Positions 48,390 to 49,788 of a stretch of DNA of 49,788 nucleotides are shown in pieces; within the stretch, counting starts at the first letter, position 1; each line of letters starts with the position of its first letter. The stretch comes from Trichosphaerium sp. ATCC 40318 (Eukaryota > Protista > Tubulinea), in contig JALMLS010000434.1 of assembly GCA_038496445.1 (NCBI GenBank), positions 1-49,788 on the forward strand. The letters are read 5' to 3'. The notes under the pieces are model-generated. The model had not been told where the DNA came from. It was given only the letters and a program-made list of their open reading frames with translations, and did no database searches. The position numbers and the translations under genes were made by a program.

Positions 48390-49788
48390 ATGACTTCATA
48401 CGCGTACTGGGCAGCTAGTGCGTTCTTACCAAAGGTACATTCAACAACCTTTGAGCAAAAAGCCTACTTTTGTGCGCCACCCTTCTAAAGGGCACCAGCA
48501 CATGTATATACATCTCCGTGGTGAGCGGAATTCAGAGTGTAACATTTTTAGGCACTACTCACAACAGTATACCCAGACAAAGAAGAACTTGAAAGGTTGA
48601 CCAATGTACTCGATAGTAGCGAGGATTACGCCACTTGGAAAGAAGCAGCGTTATCCCTCGACAAAAAGCTAGGTAGTGTTGCTATACCCGAAGCCACAGC
48701 CCTTTAACGCGAATTTCAGGAAACAATGAATGGAAAGAGATGGATGAATCGAATATTTACGACTACACAACAATTCGAAACCGCTTAGCTATGCTACGAT
48801 ACTACAAGGCAAAACTGAGCGCAGAGAATATTCAAGAAGTTTTATTATTCCTCCGTAACGGTACAATTTTTTTTCTTGTTGTTTTTTTTTTTTTTTTTTT
48901 TTTTTTTTGGGACGACATTTTGCTTATAATCTTCCTAAAGGGATGCGACGTAATTTTTCCGGCATTGGAAACCCAAAACTATACGAGAAATGTTACTTTG
49001 GTACCAAACAATTGATAGAGGAGTACACAAACGAAACAGACGAGCTTCTTCGCATCATATGTCACAGCAACTTTAAAACAGTATCTCTACAGGTACCAAA
49101 ACCGCGGCTCTAGCGCTAGTCACCCAAATTACAGAATACCCGAGTATGCGCCTAGCACAGATTACACCATTACCCACGTGGTCTGTGTTAGCTGTATCAA
49201 CGGAGCTTTTATTTTTGAACCCACACAATCCAAAAACGAAAATACTGCCACGTGATTTCTACTTACATTAATACGCAGCAAAAGTTTGAATTCTTCTTTG
49301 CCGCACGTCAAGCATATGGTAGAACAGCATTGTGTCTCAGTGGTGGTGCTACATTAGGATTATACCATTTGGGTGTCATCAAAGTATTACACGACAATGG
49401 TACGTCGAGAAGATCTTTTTTCAAAAAAAATCCAAAATAGAAAAAAAAGAACTAAAACTGGACAAGTTATTCGCTTTTTCTGATTTGTTCATCTAGATAT
49501 TTTACCCAAAATTATTTCTGGATCTAGTATTGGTTCTATTATTGCTTCATTCGTTGGTACGCTAGTGAAAAAAGTTTTAAACAATGGCGAGGCATCCATT
49601 TTAAAAAAAAGATGAATTTAGGTACAAAGACCAGATCTGAGCTCTCAAAGATGCTTGAAAACGAATTTGAAGATCTACAATTTGAGGCATTCGATTCTGA
49701 AGGATCACTAAACAGAAAATTGGCACGATTAATGACAAAAGGTACAAACAATCCTTCTTTCCACTCTTTAGCTCTATCATCGCCCGTT
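48390..49788 (+). CDS. Patatin-like triacylglycerol lipase (TGL3/4/5-SDP1 type), 3'-truncated by the window
   Basis: DUF3336-like N-terminus (WKEAALSLDKKLGNNEWKE, YDYTTI, RNFSGIGNPKLY...GTKQLIEEY), YGRTALCLSGGATLGLYHLGV and GSSIG catalytic motif. Confidence 0.93.

Noticed and set aside
48881-48907. Long poly-T run as a retroelement tail
   Set aside because: It lies within an intron of the patatin gene with no target-site duplication; T and A runs are common in introns here.

Overview
AT-rich, gene-dense eukaryotic genomic DNA with many short spliceosomal introns (mostly 40-170 nt; common donors GTACGT/GTAAGT). The style suggests a free-living protist, but the organism cannot be identified from this window. 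The ORF track therefore mostly shows single exons and antisense shadows. I reconstructed about 21 protein-coding genes by eye: the 3' end of a mucin-like membrane protein, two paralogous F-box + MORN-variant repeat genes, another F-box protein, DUF427, a large LRR + 2xBTB protein, an atypical Ras, a GyrI-like protein, a PX protein, two secreted/surface proteins (one with about 100 TPST-type hexapeptide repeats), an intronless ADP-ribosylglycohydrolase, a TPR protein, an alpha/beta hydrolase, VPS26C, a propeller-PH-LRR protein, a PH protein with repeated YxxLP motifs, a 3-hydroxyacyl-CoA dehydrogenase, a frameshifted F-box/LRR gene, PIP5K, DUF1365 and the 5' part of a patatin-like lipase. No rRNA, tRNA, CRISPR array or transposon was recognised. 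The most notable signals are (i) frequent GC-AG introns with a stereotyped GCACGTG donor, (ii) strong over-representation of CACGTG, (iii) a putative Thr-rich beta-solenoid whose introns all fall at the same repeat position, (iv) a family of intron-poor F-box + repeat genes of a kind known from amoebal giant viruses, and (v) a Ras with non-canonical G1/G3 motifs. All exon models are manual and need RNA-seq confirmation.
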